From IMG/VR virus record IMGVR_UViG_3300027978_000009, positions 1 to 55,372 of that record: a stretch of DNA of 55,372 bases; one strand, 5' to 3'. A program made the position numbers and the translations under genes. Positions within the stretch are counted from its first letter, which is position 1. Every line of letters starts with the position of its first letter. Below are positions 25,791 through 35,936 of the stretch, piece after piece. Under the pieces are notes generated by a model. That model saw nothing but the letters and a program-made list of their open reading frames with translations. It was not told where the DNA came from and searched no databases. The stretch is from a virus. Lineage: Duplodnaviria > Caudoviricetes.

Positions 25791-27056
25791 TCAGTCCTGT
25801 TTGTGATCCAATTTCAAAAGCTTGCCACCACCTACACCAAGGGTCCGTGCAAAGTCAGGATATAACGAGCGCGCCCATGCACTAAGCGCGCCCGTTGCCC
25901 GTTTTCCCATACCCACTAGCTTTGCTCCCGCCGCACGGGCGAGTCCTCCTAGTCCGAACTCCTGTTCGGGTATGTAATAGTCGTACTCGGTCTCGTCTTC
26001 GACGTAGCCACCGTTGGCATACTTGTTAGGTTCGATGTAACCACCTTCAGCTTCGGTCAGTCCACGGTACGTTCCGTAAGCACCCACGATCTGCGACAGT
26101 GGAGATGGACCGTAAGATTCTGCCGGTCCCGTGTCCGTGCGATCAGTCACTCGGGTGTAGGGCAAACCTCGAATCATCTGGTTCATGAAACCGAGTCGGT
26201 CGAACGGCAAGTCACGCTGCTCGATGAAGTCGTTGTACGCAGTGTCGAGACTCCGCTGATTCAGATCTTGCTGCTGCCGACCGATGCCTTCGAGTGCTGC
26301 TGCGTCGGTGTAACCCATGCGTTGAGATTCTGAACCCAGTCTGCCCATGCCTTCTGCACCTGCGTACAGACCTTGTGCCTCAGCTTCGGCAAGTGCACCA
26401 CGCATGCGGCCCAGCTCGCTGTAACGACCACGCTCTGCTTCGTAGCCCGTGCGAGCATTCTCGTAAGCTCCGCCCAGTGTTGCCAGCTGCTGACCTTGCA
26501 ATCCTTCAGCGATGTCGCGGAAGCCTCTGGTACCGATGTCTTGCATCGAGCCTCGACCACCACGAGATCCGTACGTGCCTGCCGACGTGAACATTCCCTG
26601 GAGTTCAGGGATGTACGTGTCCCGGAGATGCCTGCCAGACTCTTCTGCCTGACGCGCCATCACCTGTTCCATGTACGGGTTCATGTACTGACCGGCCACA
26701 CCGGGATCAGAGAAGCTACCCTCGGCCTGCGTCAGGTAAGGATCCGCTGCCGACTGGATGTTACCAGCCGCCTCCAGACCTCCCTGATAGCCCGACGCTG
26801 CTGCACCCATGTAAGGTTGCCACGAGCCTACGTTCTCCTGAGCTAGGCCAAATGCGTCCTGCTGATCCTCAGTGAAGCCAGCGATCCTGGGTCCACCGTA
26901 GGGGATGTACGGCTCCGCTGCCGCTGAGTTGGCTCTTGCGAGCAGACCCTGCGTGTAGTCGGACATCCATTTTGGGATCCCCTCGACGGTCTGCCCGTAA
27001 GTCGTAACCGACTGTGGGATTGTGCCCTCGAAGAGAAAGTTAGTAGTGCTCGGCAT
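25791..27056 (-). CDS. internal virion / ejection (DNA pilot-like) protein
   Basis: PY.PYGGPRIAGFT..Q, YMNPY..QV, GT(Y)GSR, Gln-rich, LD.AY.DF..Q. Confidence 0.7.
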   Translation of the reverse strand: MPSTTNFLFEGTIPQSVTTYGQTVEGIPKWMSDYTQGLLARANSAAAEPYIPYGGPRIAGFTEDQQDAFGLAQENVGSWQPYMGAAASGYQGGLEAAGNIQSAADPYLTQAEGSFSDPGVAGQYMNPYMEQVMARQAEESGRHLRDTYIPELQGMFTSAGTYGSRGGRGSMQDIGTRGFRDIAEGLQGQQLATLGGAYENARTGYEAERGRYSELGRMRGALAEAEAQGLYAGAEGMGRLGSESQRMGYTDAAALEGIGRQQQDLNQRSLDTAYNDFIEQRDLPFDRLGFMNQMIRGLPYTRVTDRTDTGPAESYGPSPLSQIVGAYGTYRGLTEAEGGYIEPNKYANGGYVEDETEYDYYIPEQEFGLGGLARAAGAKLVGMGKRATGALSAWARSLYPDFARTLGVGGGKLLKLDHKQD

Positions 27057-28954
27057 TACGTTCTCCCTGCGGTCGCGGCACGAAGACGAGCCATCCCGCC
27101 TCCGCTCATGTAGTTGGCCGGTGCCTTGGCTTTATGGCTGAAGCCACCCTTGCTCAGGTTCTTTCCCTTGTGCTTGCGAAGGTTCGTACGCATCTCATCG
27201 AGGCGTTTCGCTCCGGCACTGCCCGATCCGTCGCCCAAGAGTGCCACGGATTCAGCGTCTATGACGTACTCACCGTCGCTCAGGCGAGCCGGGATGTCGT
27301 CAGACCTACCAGTGCCCTCACCACTTACGAATCGATCTCCGCCCTCCTGATAGCCTCCCATGGCTTGTCCGGGCATGCCCTGACCAAGCTCTGGAGGAGG
27401 TGGCATCCACGATCCCGAGTTAGGATCCTTGGTGTAGCCCGCCTGCACGAGTCGATTACCTCTGCCTCGCACGAGCTGGAAGGGGACCGGAGCACCTTGT
27501 TCGATCAGCGCACCGATCTGGTCAACGCCCTGCCCTTGCATGCCCAAACCTCCAGTCGGACCCGCTGAGGGACTGCTGAAAGGTGCGGGATCAAGGAACA
27601 GGTTCTGACCTGACTGCGTAGCTCCGGGCTGTCCGTACGTGTAGTACGCGTTGGGATCGATGCCTCGGAACTGTCGGTTCATTGGATCCAGCTGTGGCAG
27701 AGACTCGTTGAAGTTGCCCCCTTGGTAAGGACCGATTGGCTCAGACTCACCACCACCACTGGTAGCTCCCATCGCTGTCATCAGCGGGAGCCCGTACTTG
27801 ATCAGCGCGTCCATGTTGCCCGGTTTTGCAGCAGGAGCTGGAGCAGTAGCAGCAGGTGTCGCTGCCGCAGGTGTGCCTGCCGGGTTGCCGAACACGGTGA
27901 GCTGATCTTGCGCTGCAGGATCTACCGGTATCGGACTGTTCGGAAGACTCTCACCTGCTTGCGGACCAAGGCTGATCAAATCTGTTCCGGCAGGAGTCGT
28001 AATGGGTGACGCAGAACCTGGGGCAACTTTCTTCTGCGCCAAGATGCCGGGACCAGCTTCAATACCCAACGCGTCCTGCGCGCCGGAAGCCATGTTGTCC
28101 AGCGTGGGCTGCATCATTTCACCGAGGCCACCCATGACAGCACCCTCCATGAAGTCACCACCCGTGACAGACGACGCAGCACCACCGGCCAGACTGGATC
28201 CGATGACGTTCGCTGTGTTTTCTGAAATTCCTGGAGCGAACTTGCTGACTTGAGAGCCTGCAACCTTACCCAGACCACCACCGATGGCTCCCGAGAGAGC
28301 ACCGGTCATGAAATCACCACCACCGGCAGCGCTCAGTCCGCCCTGCACGAGGGCACCACCAATTATTGGAGCGGCAGTTGCGCCCGCTCCCAAAGCGCTA
28401 CCGATAGCGGTGCCGAGGCCCGGTGCAAAAATACTCAGTGCAATTGGAGCAAGCGTCTGGAAGATCTTGGATTTGAAAATCTTTTTGACGGCGCTCTTCA
28501 CCTTCTTCCAGATCTTGGAGAGGAAACCGTACTCACCAATGCCAGTGTTCGGATTGATTTCAGCAGGACCCCACATAGCCTCGATGGCTTGGTATTCCTC
28601 GGGGCTCATGTGCAGCATCATCGAGTCATCACCTCGACCAGCGTTCTGTGTCTTCGCTGCCTCAGCCAACACGTGACCACCCTTAGCGAACGCACGCTCA
28701 ACAGGACCACCGTAGCAGTAGAGGCGTACCTTCTTGGCATCCTTCGGTGAGCCACCCGCTTTCTTTACGAGTGCCTCGCCTGCCATGGTGTACAACAGCT
28801 CCATACCTCCCGGCATAGACTCGACCATCTCGGCAGCTTTGATGATCGCGGGATCACCACCAGCTTCTGCCAGCATCGCAGCCAAACCACCTTTAACCGG
28901 GCCGATGTTGCCCAGTATCTTCTGCTCGTGTTTGTTAGGTTTCTTTCCTGCCAT
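27056..28954 (-). CDS. internal virion / ejection protein with GRxDD..H...INPxTG and GTGRSDDIPARLSDGEYV modules
   Basis: Gly-zipper hydrophobic region and multiple xxGG motifs. Confidence 0.7.
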   Translation of the reverse strand: MAGKKPNKHEQKILGNIGPVKGGLAAMLAEAGGDPAIIKAAEMVESMPGGMELLYTMAGEALVKKAGGSPKDAKKVRLYCYGGPVERAFAKGGHVLAEAAKTQNAGRGDDSMMLHMSPEEYQAIEAMWGPAEINPNTGIGEYGFLSKIWKKVKSAVKKIFKSKIFQTLAPIALSIFAPGLGTAIGSALGAGATAAPIIGGALVQGGLSAAGGGDFMTGALSGAIGGGLGKVAGSQVSKFAPGISENTANVIGSSLAGGAASSVTGGDFMEGAVMGGLGEMMQPTLDNMASGAQDALGIEAGPGILAQKKVAPGSASPITTPAGTDLISLGPQAGESLPNSPIPVDPAAQDQLTVFGNPAGTPAAATPAATAPAPAAKPGNMDALIKYGLPLMTAMGATSGGGESEPIGPYQGGNFNESLPQLDPMNRQFRGIDPNAYYTYGQPGATQSGQNLFLDPAPFSSPSAGPTGGLGMQGQGVDQIGALIEQGAPVPFQLVRGRGNRLVQAGYTKDPNSGSWMPPPPELGQGMPGQAMGGYQEGGDRFVSGEGTGRSDDIPARLSDGEYVIDAESVALLGDGSGSAGAKRLDEMRTNLRKHKGKNLSKGGFSHKAKAPANYMSGGGMARLRAATAGRT

Positions 28955-28958
28955 GGTC

Positions 28959-29222
28959 CTACCCCGAAAAGTTTGATGTCGCGAAGAGACGGTCTGCCCA
29001 CTCTCGCCAGTTGTCGTAGTCGCGTGGATCTGGAGCGTCCTGACCCAAGGGGTCTACGCCTCCGAAGATACCTTCTGCCCAGTCCTGCCATTTGTCAGGA
29101 TCATCTAAGCGTTCGTAGTTCTGTTCCGTGCCGTTGGTAGGGTCTGACAAGAAACCCAGCGCCCCGGTCATGACGTCTGCCCACTCGATTACATTCGTGA
29201 AGCCATCCGGATTCAGGATCAT
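28959..29222 (-). CDS. Trp-rich hypothetical virion protein
   Basis: WAD...WQDWA...PDP..Y.NWREWA. Start overlaps the upstream stop. Confidence 0.75.
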   Translation of the reverse strand: MILNPDGFTNVIEWADVMTGALGFLSDPTNGTEQNYERLDDPDKWQDWAEGIFGGVDPLGQDAPDPRDYDNWREWADRLFATSNFSG

Positions 29223-30781
29223 GACTCAACCCTTCCGTCTGACGGTTCGATGTGTGCAAACGATTTGCCTAATTCGTAGTTGCCACCTACGACATTCGAT
29301 TCAAACTTGAAGCTCATCAGTCGCTTGACCTCTTTGAACTTCACAGTCTCTTCGTCTGGAGTGGCTGGAGCAGCGAAGATTGTTTCGGTTGCCCCGTCCA
29401 CCACAGTAGCTTTCGCGTTGGCTCTGCCTCTGATTGTAAGGCTCATGTCGCCTGCTTGCACGAGGTCAGCCTCGACCCTGGCACAGTGAATGGACTGCGT
29501 GCTCTGCCCGGTATCGAGCAGGTTGTATTCACTCGTCTCGAAGAACGACTGGACTGCAGATGCTGACGACAGTCGAATCTTGTCGAACGCAGTCTCGTGT
29601 TGCCACAGTGTGCGACCGTTCGCAGTGACTTCGTTGTCCACCATGAAGGGACGCTTGTACACGTCGGCAAAGATGCCAGCGGTGCGTCCTTGGTTGAAGT
29701 CGTCACTGTCAGGCAGAGGTGTGTCGTACCACGAGCCTTCGCGAACGTTGTAAACAATCGCGTGCGTGCACTCAACTGCATTACCTCTTGGATAACACCA
29801 CCAGATCTCACCGTAGCGAGGGATTTTGATTCCAAAAACCTTTTGCCGCTGCGTGAAGTTGAGGTTATCGAAGAAGAAATTCTGATTCATGTCGTTCTGC
29901 ATCTCGCGAACAACACCGTTGAACATCAGGAAGCGATCCACTCCCGGCCAATAGTAAATGCCGTCCATCTCGATCATGCCTTGCGAACTCAGTACCGTGA
30001 TGCCACGCGCAATAATATCGAATGCAAAGGGTGCACCGGCACCCGGAAGGAAGGTGCCACGAATGAGAGAGTCGAGCGCCCACATTAAAACTGCAGGACC
30101 CGTACCGGATCCTCGAAGTGGGAATCCCTTGACGATCTTTTGCGTGCCCAAGTTGAACTCAACCGGAGCTGCACCAACATCGTTAACGGCAGAGATTCGG
30201 ATGAGCCCACGGCTACCGTATGCAAACAGGTAGGTACCACTGACCACGACGCCACCGCTGACCGGACCCAGTACACCAGTGTTCCAACCGGTGGTGGCAT
30301 CGACACTCAAACCAGCAATGCTCAAAGGAGTTAGGGCTTCGATGGTGTCAATGTAAATGTTGCCACCGATGCTGTTGTCAATGTTCGCAGCGTTCGGTGC
30401 AGCATGTGCGACCAGGAGGTGATTACCGGTGCCTGCAGTGTCGGCAAAGATATCGAACTGCCACAGGTTATCGACGTTTGCAGCAAACGCTGCCGGTGTG
30501 CGATCAGTGAACAGACCTAGCGTACCGTTCGACACTTGGTACTGACCTACCGTCAGCGGATGACCAAGGTGCAGGTACTGGATGTCATCTTGCGAGTAGC
30601 TGTGCATGCCGCGAGTGATCTCGGGCACGGTGTCAGTGACCTGTTGGTAGCCGCCCATCTTCTTTGGCTTGCCGCGTTGGAAACGACACCACCGTCCATC
30701 GCTGTAGAACTCGTTGTCAAAACGAGTCCCATCCCGTTTGATTCCGGGATTGGAGAGCAGAGGTGCGGGAGCTACTGGCAT
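29219..30781 (-). CDS. tail nozzle / packaged-DNA stabilisation protein (tail tubular B-like)
   Basis: PGIKRDGT..RF..G.P.KMGG N-terminus and EIWW.YP...C...IVYN..E..W motif. Beta-rich. Confidence 0.75.
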   Translation of the reverse strand: MPVAPAPLLSNPGIKRDGTRFDNEFYSDGRWCRFQRGKPKKMGGYQQVTDTVPEITRGMHSYSQDDIQYLHLGHPLTVGQYQVSNGTLGLFTDRTPAAFAANVDNLWQFDIFADTAGTGNHLLVAHAAPNAANIDNSIGGNIYIDTIEALTPLSIAGLSVDATTGWNTGVLGPVSGGVVVSGTYLFAYGSRGLIRISAVNDVGAAPVEFNLGTQKIVKGFPLRGSGTGPAVLMWALDSLIRGTFLPGAGAPFAFDIIARGITVLSSQGMIEMDGIYYWPGVDRFLMFNGVVREMQNDMNQNFFFDNLNFTQRQKVFGIKIPRYGEIWWCYPRGNAVECTHAIVYNVREGSWYDTPLPDSDDFNQGRTAGIFADVYKRPFMVDNEVTANGRTLWQHETAFDKIRLSSASAVQSFFETSEYNLLDTGQSTQSIHCARVEADLVQAGDMSLTIRGRANAKATVVDGATETIFAAPATPDEETVKFKEVKRLMSFKFESNVVGGNYELGKSFAHIEPSDGRVES

Positions 30782-33081
30782 CAGACACCTATCTCAATTG
30801 GACTAACCGTCATCCAACTACCACGCATACGACTCACAGTATCTAGCTGACTCACTGTTGGCCTCCACCGGAATCCGAAGGTGCCTGTAGCACTCATTCG
30901 GAACCGACCTGTGATGCGCACCATGACTTCTTCAGATGCTCCACCGAGAGTAATGGCAGAATTCGTAGTCTTGTCATCAGCAGCACCGTTACCTGCTGGG
31001 GCACCGTCTTCTGTGTCGTAGTCAAAGAGGTAATTACATTCTGAAATGTTAGCATCAGAATCGAAATCAAATTCGATGTTGGCTGTGCCTCCGGTGCGAC
31101 GGAAGTAAGCAAAGATCTCAAACTTCCAATAGCCTTGCCGACAAGGTCTGCCACTAAACAGACGGTTATCATCAGCCATCGTGTTAGTCAGGCTTCGGTC
31201 ATCCTGCAAGCCACCCGTCATCATGTGATCTGTGTAGGTAAGGATTCGCTCGTTCGCACCGGTACCTGTCGTGTTGTTGTTGAGCAGAGCGCCACCGCTA
31301 GTACCCTCATAAGGATACGGAGCACCAGATACCGGAGCAGTTCTCAGTACGCCAACACCCCCGTAGTGGACCCAAACTTCACCTGCAGCAGCAAACCCTT
31401 TGACGTAAGTTCTGACGAAGGCTCCAGTCCCCTGAACGACATCATTGATTTCCATGTCGCCAGTGCCTGCCTCGATCTGTATCGCAACACCACCATTGAA
31501 GTTCATCAATGCAAACTGATGTGTGACCGCAGCGTTCTCATAAACGAAGATGTCTTCGCCACCACCGATGATGAAGTTCGTGCCGTCAAAGTCCATCGTG
31601 ACATCTGTACCGGTGCCGAATTGAATCTGTTCGTTGTCAAGCAGGACTACAGGGATGGGCGTGGTGATCGTGATCGTCTTCGTTGCACCTGCACCTGAGG
31701 CTACGACACCAGAACCAACAAAGTTTAGCGTGCCACCCAGGTTTGCAAGAGGTACGCCTTCATCTTCCACGAAGACACCTGCAATGGTTGCGATAGGCGT
31801 CTTACGCATCGCACCCGCATCGTCGTCGTAGAAAGCGATGGTGTCTGCAACCACATCGACAGTCAGCTCGGTCGTCAGGTTGTCAGTGTCCAGCACAAGA
31901 GGTCGGTTAGCAGTGAGATCACCACCACCGCTCAGACCAGAGAGTGCAGCTGTCTGAATTTCAATTGCACTCGCCGCTGCTCCGAGATTTAAAAGGGCAT
32001 TCGGCGCAGTTGTCGCACTAGTACCACCTTGTGCGATGAGAACCGGAAGAGCAATCGCTGCAGTGTTAACCGCATTGATAACGTCAACCGCATCGCAATA
32101 AAAGATGACAGTGTCACCTTGATTCACAGTCGGGGGACCTACTTGAGCAGCCGTCGAAATGGCGAGGGTGAATGCGCCAGTTGTTTGGTTGTCTACCCAA
32201 TACTGCTGGGTGGTATTTGGCACGACAATGCGCCGATTGCCTGTCAGGGCACCCGTAAAGCGGTAAGCGATACGGTTCAGGTTTGCACCTGAAAGAACGA
32301 AGTCACCAGAACCTGGGACTGGAAGCGACACAAAGTCGAATGCAATCGTCGAGGCTACGGTGAGTCCGATGGTGAAAAAGTTAACCCCATCCGTGAAGAT
32401 GAATGTGCTGCCACCGGGGTCCAGGTTGATGTCTGCAGCGCCATCAATGAGGCCTGCAGGTGGAACGATATTCAGTGTTCCGGAACCAGAGTTCCGAAGC
32501 ATGAAGAACCAATCGTTACCGACAGCACCTGCACCGGGGAGGTTGCAAGTACCGGCACCAGCAGTGTAGATCTGACACGACGCTCGATCACCATCAACGA
32601 TAGTGAAAGGAGTAGCAGCCTGCACGTCAGAATCGATTTTCTGGTTAAGCAGAACACCGATTGCTTTGATACCAGCACCAGCCAGAGCTGACGCAGATGC
32701 AACTGCTACCGATGCACCCAACTGGAACGTAGACCACGTGCCTGCGTCCGTGGTGTTGTCGGTCAGACTAAGAACCCACTGCTCACCGGGCTGCACCGTT
32801 TGAATCGTGCCACCAGTAATGTCACGCACGAGATAGGCATTCGCACCCACGTTGTTGAACGTGACTTTGTTACCTGTCGATGCGATCTGTGCATCAGGCA
32901 TGTCGATGGTGAGCCCAACAGCCGTGGCATCGACATCAATGATATCGGCAACGACGTTCTGCCCTGTGATTTGCTGTTCGGTCGGCCACTGCAACGCGAC
33001 ATCAACTGCTGTCTGCAACATGAGGTAGCTAACTCGGGACGGAAAGATTAAGTTCCCGCCAAAGACGTCGGTATATGACAT
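30781..33081 (-). CDS. tail/fibre protein
   Basis: Beta-rich. FTGALTGNR.IVVP...Y.V.N.TTG.F.L, IAQGGT.ATTA..A..NLG and GLSGGGDLTANR fibre motifs. Confidence 0.8.
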   Translation of the reverse strand: MSYTDVFGGNLIFPSRVSYLMLQTAVDVALQWPTEQQITGQNVVADIIDVDATAVGLTIDMPDAQIASTGNKVTFNNVGANAYLVRDITGGTIQTVQPGEQWVLSLTDNTTDAGTWSTFQLGASVAVASASALAGAGIKAIGVLLNQKIDSDVQAATPFTIVDGDRASCQIYTAGAGTCNLPGAGAVGNDWFFMLRNSGSGTLNIVPPAGLIDGAADINLDPGGSTFIFTDGVNFFTIGLTVASTIAFDFVSLPVPGSGDFVLSGANLNRIAYRFTGALTGNRRIVVPNTTQQYWVDNQTTGAFTLAISTAAQVGPPTVNQGDTVIFYCDAVDVINAVNTAAIALPVLIAQGGTSATTAPNALLNLGAAASAIEIQTAALSGLSGGGDLTANRPLVLDTDNLTTELTVDVVADTIAFYDDDAGAMRKTPIATIAGVFVEDEGVPLANLGGTLNFVGSGVVASGAGATKTITITTPIPVVLLDNEQIQFGTGTDVTMDFDGTNFIIGGGEDIFVYENAAVTHQFALMNFNGGVAIQIEAGTGDMEINDVVQGTGAFVRTYVKGFAAAGEVWVHYGGVGVLRTAPVSGAPYPYEGTSGGALLNNNTTGTGANERILTYTDHMMTGGLQDDRSLTNTMADDNRLFSGRPCRQGYWKFEIFAYFRRTGGTANIEFDFDSDANISECNYLFDYDTEDGAPAGNGAADDKTTNSAITLGGASEEVMVRITGRFRMSATGTFGFRWRPTVSQLDTVSRMRGSWMTVSPIEIGV

Positions 33082-33725
33082 CAGACGTTCTCCCTCGTTA
33101 CGTTTCTATCAATGATGCGCTGCAGATCCTGCTGCTGCAGAGTCTCCAAGTCCCTGTCGTAAATTGCCTGCCACGTCGGGATGCGTTCATCGTTCTTTAA
33201 AAATGGAGTTGCCTGCAACAGCGCACCATGAAGAAGGGCGTTCGGGGCAAAGTCCGTCGTCCAGTTCGTTTGATTTACTGCGTCTAACAGAGCAGGCAAC
33301 TCCCAATAGTTAACCTCGAATGGGTAAGCAAAATCTGCTGAAGGTCCTATCAACCAGTTGTAATAATCGTAGTCCGCGTAAAACTTAGGCTGTGCAGTCA
33401 GGTCCTCATCAGGCCAATAGCGCCGGATGTATTCGTAAGAGCGAGCGAACAAAGGCGTGCGTACCTGTGTCACTCCCACACCGAAGTTGATCGAGATCGT
33501 TTTGCGCCATCGATCAGGCTTCGGTATGACTGACTGCCCAATTGCCATGGTGTCCGTGACATTCTGAACGAAACCGAGGATCTTTAACTCGTTCGCCAGT
33601 TGTCGCTCAGCAAGATTGATCAAGCTGGGCAGCTGCTCGAACACAGTAGTGTCCACAACCGTGCCTCGCTCCAAGTACGCACGGAGATCTTTAAGAAGCG
33701 AGTTGTATGTCATCGAGACAGCCAT
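33081..33725 (-). CDS. head-tail adaptor-like protein
   Basis: MTY.SL..D...YLER...I.LAE..L..EL, P.FYA, TNW.T..AP..LL.G.L..A.PFLKNDER...W. Confidence 0.75.
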   Translation of the reverse strand: MAVSMTYNSLLKDLRAYLERGTVVDTTVFEQLPSLINLAERQLANELKILGFVQNVTDTMAIGQSVIPKPDRWRKTISINFGVGVTQVRTPLFARSYEYIRRYWPDEDLTAQPKFYADYDYYNWLIGPSADFAYPFEVNYWELPALLDAVNQTNWTTDFAPNALLHGALLQATPFLKNDERIPTWQAIYDRDLETLQQQDLQRIIDRNVTRENV

Positions 33726-33735
33726 GGCTTATTCC

Positions 33736-34185
33736 TTACTGAGGAGGTTCTACAACCGGATCATCGTCATCCGGCAATGTGTCAACCGCAGGTGTTGGTT
33801 CCGGCTCGGGAGTCGGTTCTGGTTCTGGCTCTGGTTCTGGTGTTGGCTCGGGCTCTGGCTCGGGAGTGGGCTCTGGTTCTTCTTCCGCCAGTAGCTCATC
33901 CTTCGCAGCCTGCAAACGTGCATGCGCGTCGTCCGATCTACCTCGCAAGATGTCCCACTCATCCGGTGTCGGTTCACGACCCTGCTTCGCCATCGCTTCG
34001 ATGGTTTCAGTAAATTCTTTCAGGTCGTCGTACGCATCATCACCCTGTTCGAGCAGAGTGCCCAGAATGCCCAGCAACTCGGACGCTTGATCGAGGCGCA
34101 CGCTACTGCCACCTCCCAGTGCGGGGTTAGCCATCACTGTTCGTAGTCCGCTGACTGCCAGCAAAATCATTTCAACAATACCCAT
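33736..34185 (-). CDS. hypothetical protein with (EP)n/TP repeat tail, in the lysis cluster
   Basis: Hydrophobic N-terminus and C-terminal EPEPTPEPEPEPTP repeats. Confidence 0.75.
   Translation of the reverse strand: MGIVEMILLAVSGLRTVMANPALGGGSSVRLDQASELLGILGTLLEQGDDAYDDLKEFTETIEAMAKQGREPTPDEWDILRGRSDDAHARLQAAKDELLAEEEPEPTPEPEPEPTPEPEPEPEPTPEPEPTPAVDTLPDDDDPVVEPPQ
33790..33882 (-). repeat. tandem EPEPTP-coding repeat
   Basis: Repeated ggctcggg/ggttct hexamers on the + strand. Confidence 0.8.
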
Positions 34186-34186
34186 G

Positions 34187-34597
34187 TTATTCCGTCTCCT
34201 TTATTGTTCTCAGGAGTTCGCTCACTAACGGTGCGAGTCGAGTGACCCAATCATCTAACCTAGTAGAGGCAGTGATCAGTTTGTCTTGACTCGTGTTGCC
34301 AGCTTGGAACTCAGCTTTGACCCGGATGAATTCCACGTACGCTTCAAGGAGACTATCGGCCACCGGTTTGGCCCTCTCCTCTGCTTTTACGATTGCCAGC
34401 TTTGCGTTGCGTGGAATAGTAGGTTGCTCGACCAAGTCCGCTGCCTTCTCCTGGAAGATGACAAACGTACCGTAAGCAGCGTATGCACGTTGCTCACTGG
34501 TTTCTGCAGCCTTGATAGGGTTCGCTGACTGACACCCAGCCAGCGCCGTTAGGCACAGGATCAACCATGCCACTCGGAAATCTAATTGCCGTTTCAT
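34187..34597 (-). CDS. lipoprotein (possible spanin component)
   Basis: Signal peptide ending in lipobox LAG-C. Directly downstream of the holin-like gene. Confidence 0.75.
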   Translation of the reverse strand: MKRQLDFRVAWLILCLTALAGCQSANPIKAAETSEQRAYAAYGTFVIFQEKAADLVEQPTIPRNAKLAIVKAEERAKPVADSLLEAYVEFIRVKAEFQAGNTSQDKLITASTRLDDWVTRLAPLVSELLRTIKETE

Positions 34598-34830
34598 AAA
34601 ACTCCGCCTCCGTCACCGCTTCCGGTGATCTTATTAACAAGTCGGCGCGTTGAGATCGCTTGATAGTCTTTCAAAAAGCTCACCAATGAACCAACCCCCA
34701 GAACGATCCACGGAATCTGACCGATGTCTGAGATGGACTCCACGCCTTCCGTCTGTAGCAACGCAAGCATGCCCGTGAAGAATAAAATCAACGCTGCAAT
34801 GACAGCACCTACGAGAGTATTAAGATTCAT
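34594..34830 (-). CDS. putative holin (2 TM)
   Basis: 78 aa with two hydrophobic helices, adjacent to the endolysin. GGAG RBS before ATG 34830. Confidence 0.65.
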   Translation of the reverse strand: MNLNTLVGAVIAALILFFTGMLALLQTEGVESISDIGQIPWIVLGVGSLVSFLKDYQAISTRRLVNKITGSGDGGGVL

Positions 34831-35278
34831 GTGCCTTTCTCCAATTAGAAATGTACTCTTCCGTCGTTCCACGCCCAAGATCGGTGTTGTAATGATCCTT
34901 CCAATACTGAGCCTGTCCCTTCAGATCACCGGCTTGCGGTAACGGAAATCTGACACGTCTGTAGTGGACTCGGCACATAGCAACCGAGTACCTCAAGTTC
35001 CAAATCATCTCACGTGAATCTTCTCCCCCGATTCTCAAGACTGCTTCTGCAAGCCCGTCCCGATAAGTCAAGTAGTTGTTCCAGATGTCGTCGTGAGTGT
35101 TCGGTTCCATCTGACAAACGCCAAGCGCAGGACCTGTGCCCAGTTGCTTGATGTAAGTCAAACGCGATTCTTGAATAGCCGTGCCCAACACCAGCTCACT
35201 AGCTGCTGCTGAAAACATTCCCAGCTCCTCAAGAGTCGGTTCGATAATCAGATCGATAAATTGTTCGCGATCAATCAC
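34820..35278 (-). CDS. endolysin (lysozyme-like/transglycosylase fold)
   Basis: LVLGTAIQES (catalytic Glu), GPALGVCQMEP, A.YWK.HYNT..G.G. Confidence 0.8.
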   Translation of the reverse strand: MIDREQFIDLIIEPTLEELGMFSAAASELVLGTAIQESRLTYIKQLGTGPALGVCQMEPNTHDDIWNNYLTYRDGLAEAVLRIGGEDSREMIWNLRYSVAMCRVHYRRVRFPLPQAGDLKGQAQYWKDHYNTDLGRGTTEEYISNWRKAHES

Positions 35279-35619
35279 TCTTCTTCGTCCTTCAGTTCTT
35301 CTTTTGCATCCTGCAGCGCCTCCAGCTCGATCTCTAGATCGGCTAGGTACTCTGCGTCATCTTCTGTCCAGTCCGTAGCTGCTCGCTGTCGGAACTTCAA
35401 CGCTGCAATCTCTTTACGCAACGAGTTGATGTCTCGTGTCAGGAGCACCGAGAACGCAGACTTGATCGGTTGTGCCTGCTGTTGTGCGATGTCCTTGAAG
35501 TCATCAGCCAAGGCCTCAGAGAGAAGAGGCTTGCCGACGTACCACAGAACGGGAATTACGACCGCAAGAGTCGTGACGGTACTAAAAATTGTACTGACTG
35601 AAATTTCTCTTGCGGCCAT
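35275..35619 (-). CDS. membrane-anchored coiled-coil protein (lysis-associated?)
   Basis: N-terminal TM followed by a heptad-rich region. Confidence 0.7.
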   Translation of the reverse strand: MAAREISVSTIFSTVTTLAVVIPVLWYVGKPLLSEALADDFKDIAQQQAQPIKSAFSVLLTRDINSLRKEIAALKFRQRAATDWTEDDAEYLADLEIELEALQDAKEELKDEEE

Positions 35620-35630
35620 AACCTTATCCC

Positions 35631-35936
35631 TTATGCAGGATCGTCTGCGGGGGCTTCAGCGTTTCCGCTTGCGCTTGCGTCGTCGTTTGCCCCATCGCTT
35701 GGGTTTTCCACGGGAGCAATTGCCGGAGCTGGCGCGTTTCCCAAATTATTTTCCGGCTGTGGCTGTGCGAGCACGACTTCACCGTTCGCTATCGCCTGCA
35801 ACATGCCATCCAGGATTCCGAGTGCGCCAGATTTTGCAACGCTCAACGGGACGGGTAGATCTTCAACCTGCAACAGCTTTACACCTGCCGCTGCAGCCAT
35901 CTGAACTTGTTGTGCTGATACTTCTTGCTTTGCCAT
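35631..35936 (-). CDS. hypothetical protein (possible fibre chaperone)
   Basis: AAGGAG RBS. Follows the fibre genes. Confidence 0.7.
   Translation of the reverse strand: MAKQEVSAQQVQMAAAAGVKLLQVEDLPVPLSVAKSGALGILDGMLQAIANGEVVLAQPQPENNLGNAPAPAIAPVENPSDGANDDASASGNAEAPADDPA

Noticed and set aside
27190-27330. GTGRSDDIPARLSDGEYV motif suggesting a tape measure protein and siphovirus tail
   Set aside because: The motif also occurs in ejection-type proteins. No tail tube, tail chaperone or long tape-measure ORF is present.
28745-28770. KKAGGS matches the N-terminus of ribosomal protein L27 (AHKKAGGS)
   Set aside because: A six-residue low-complexity match in a protein rich in xxGG motifs. Chance is sufficient.
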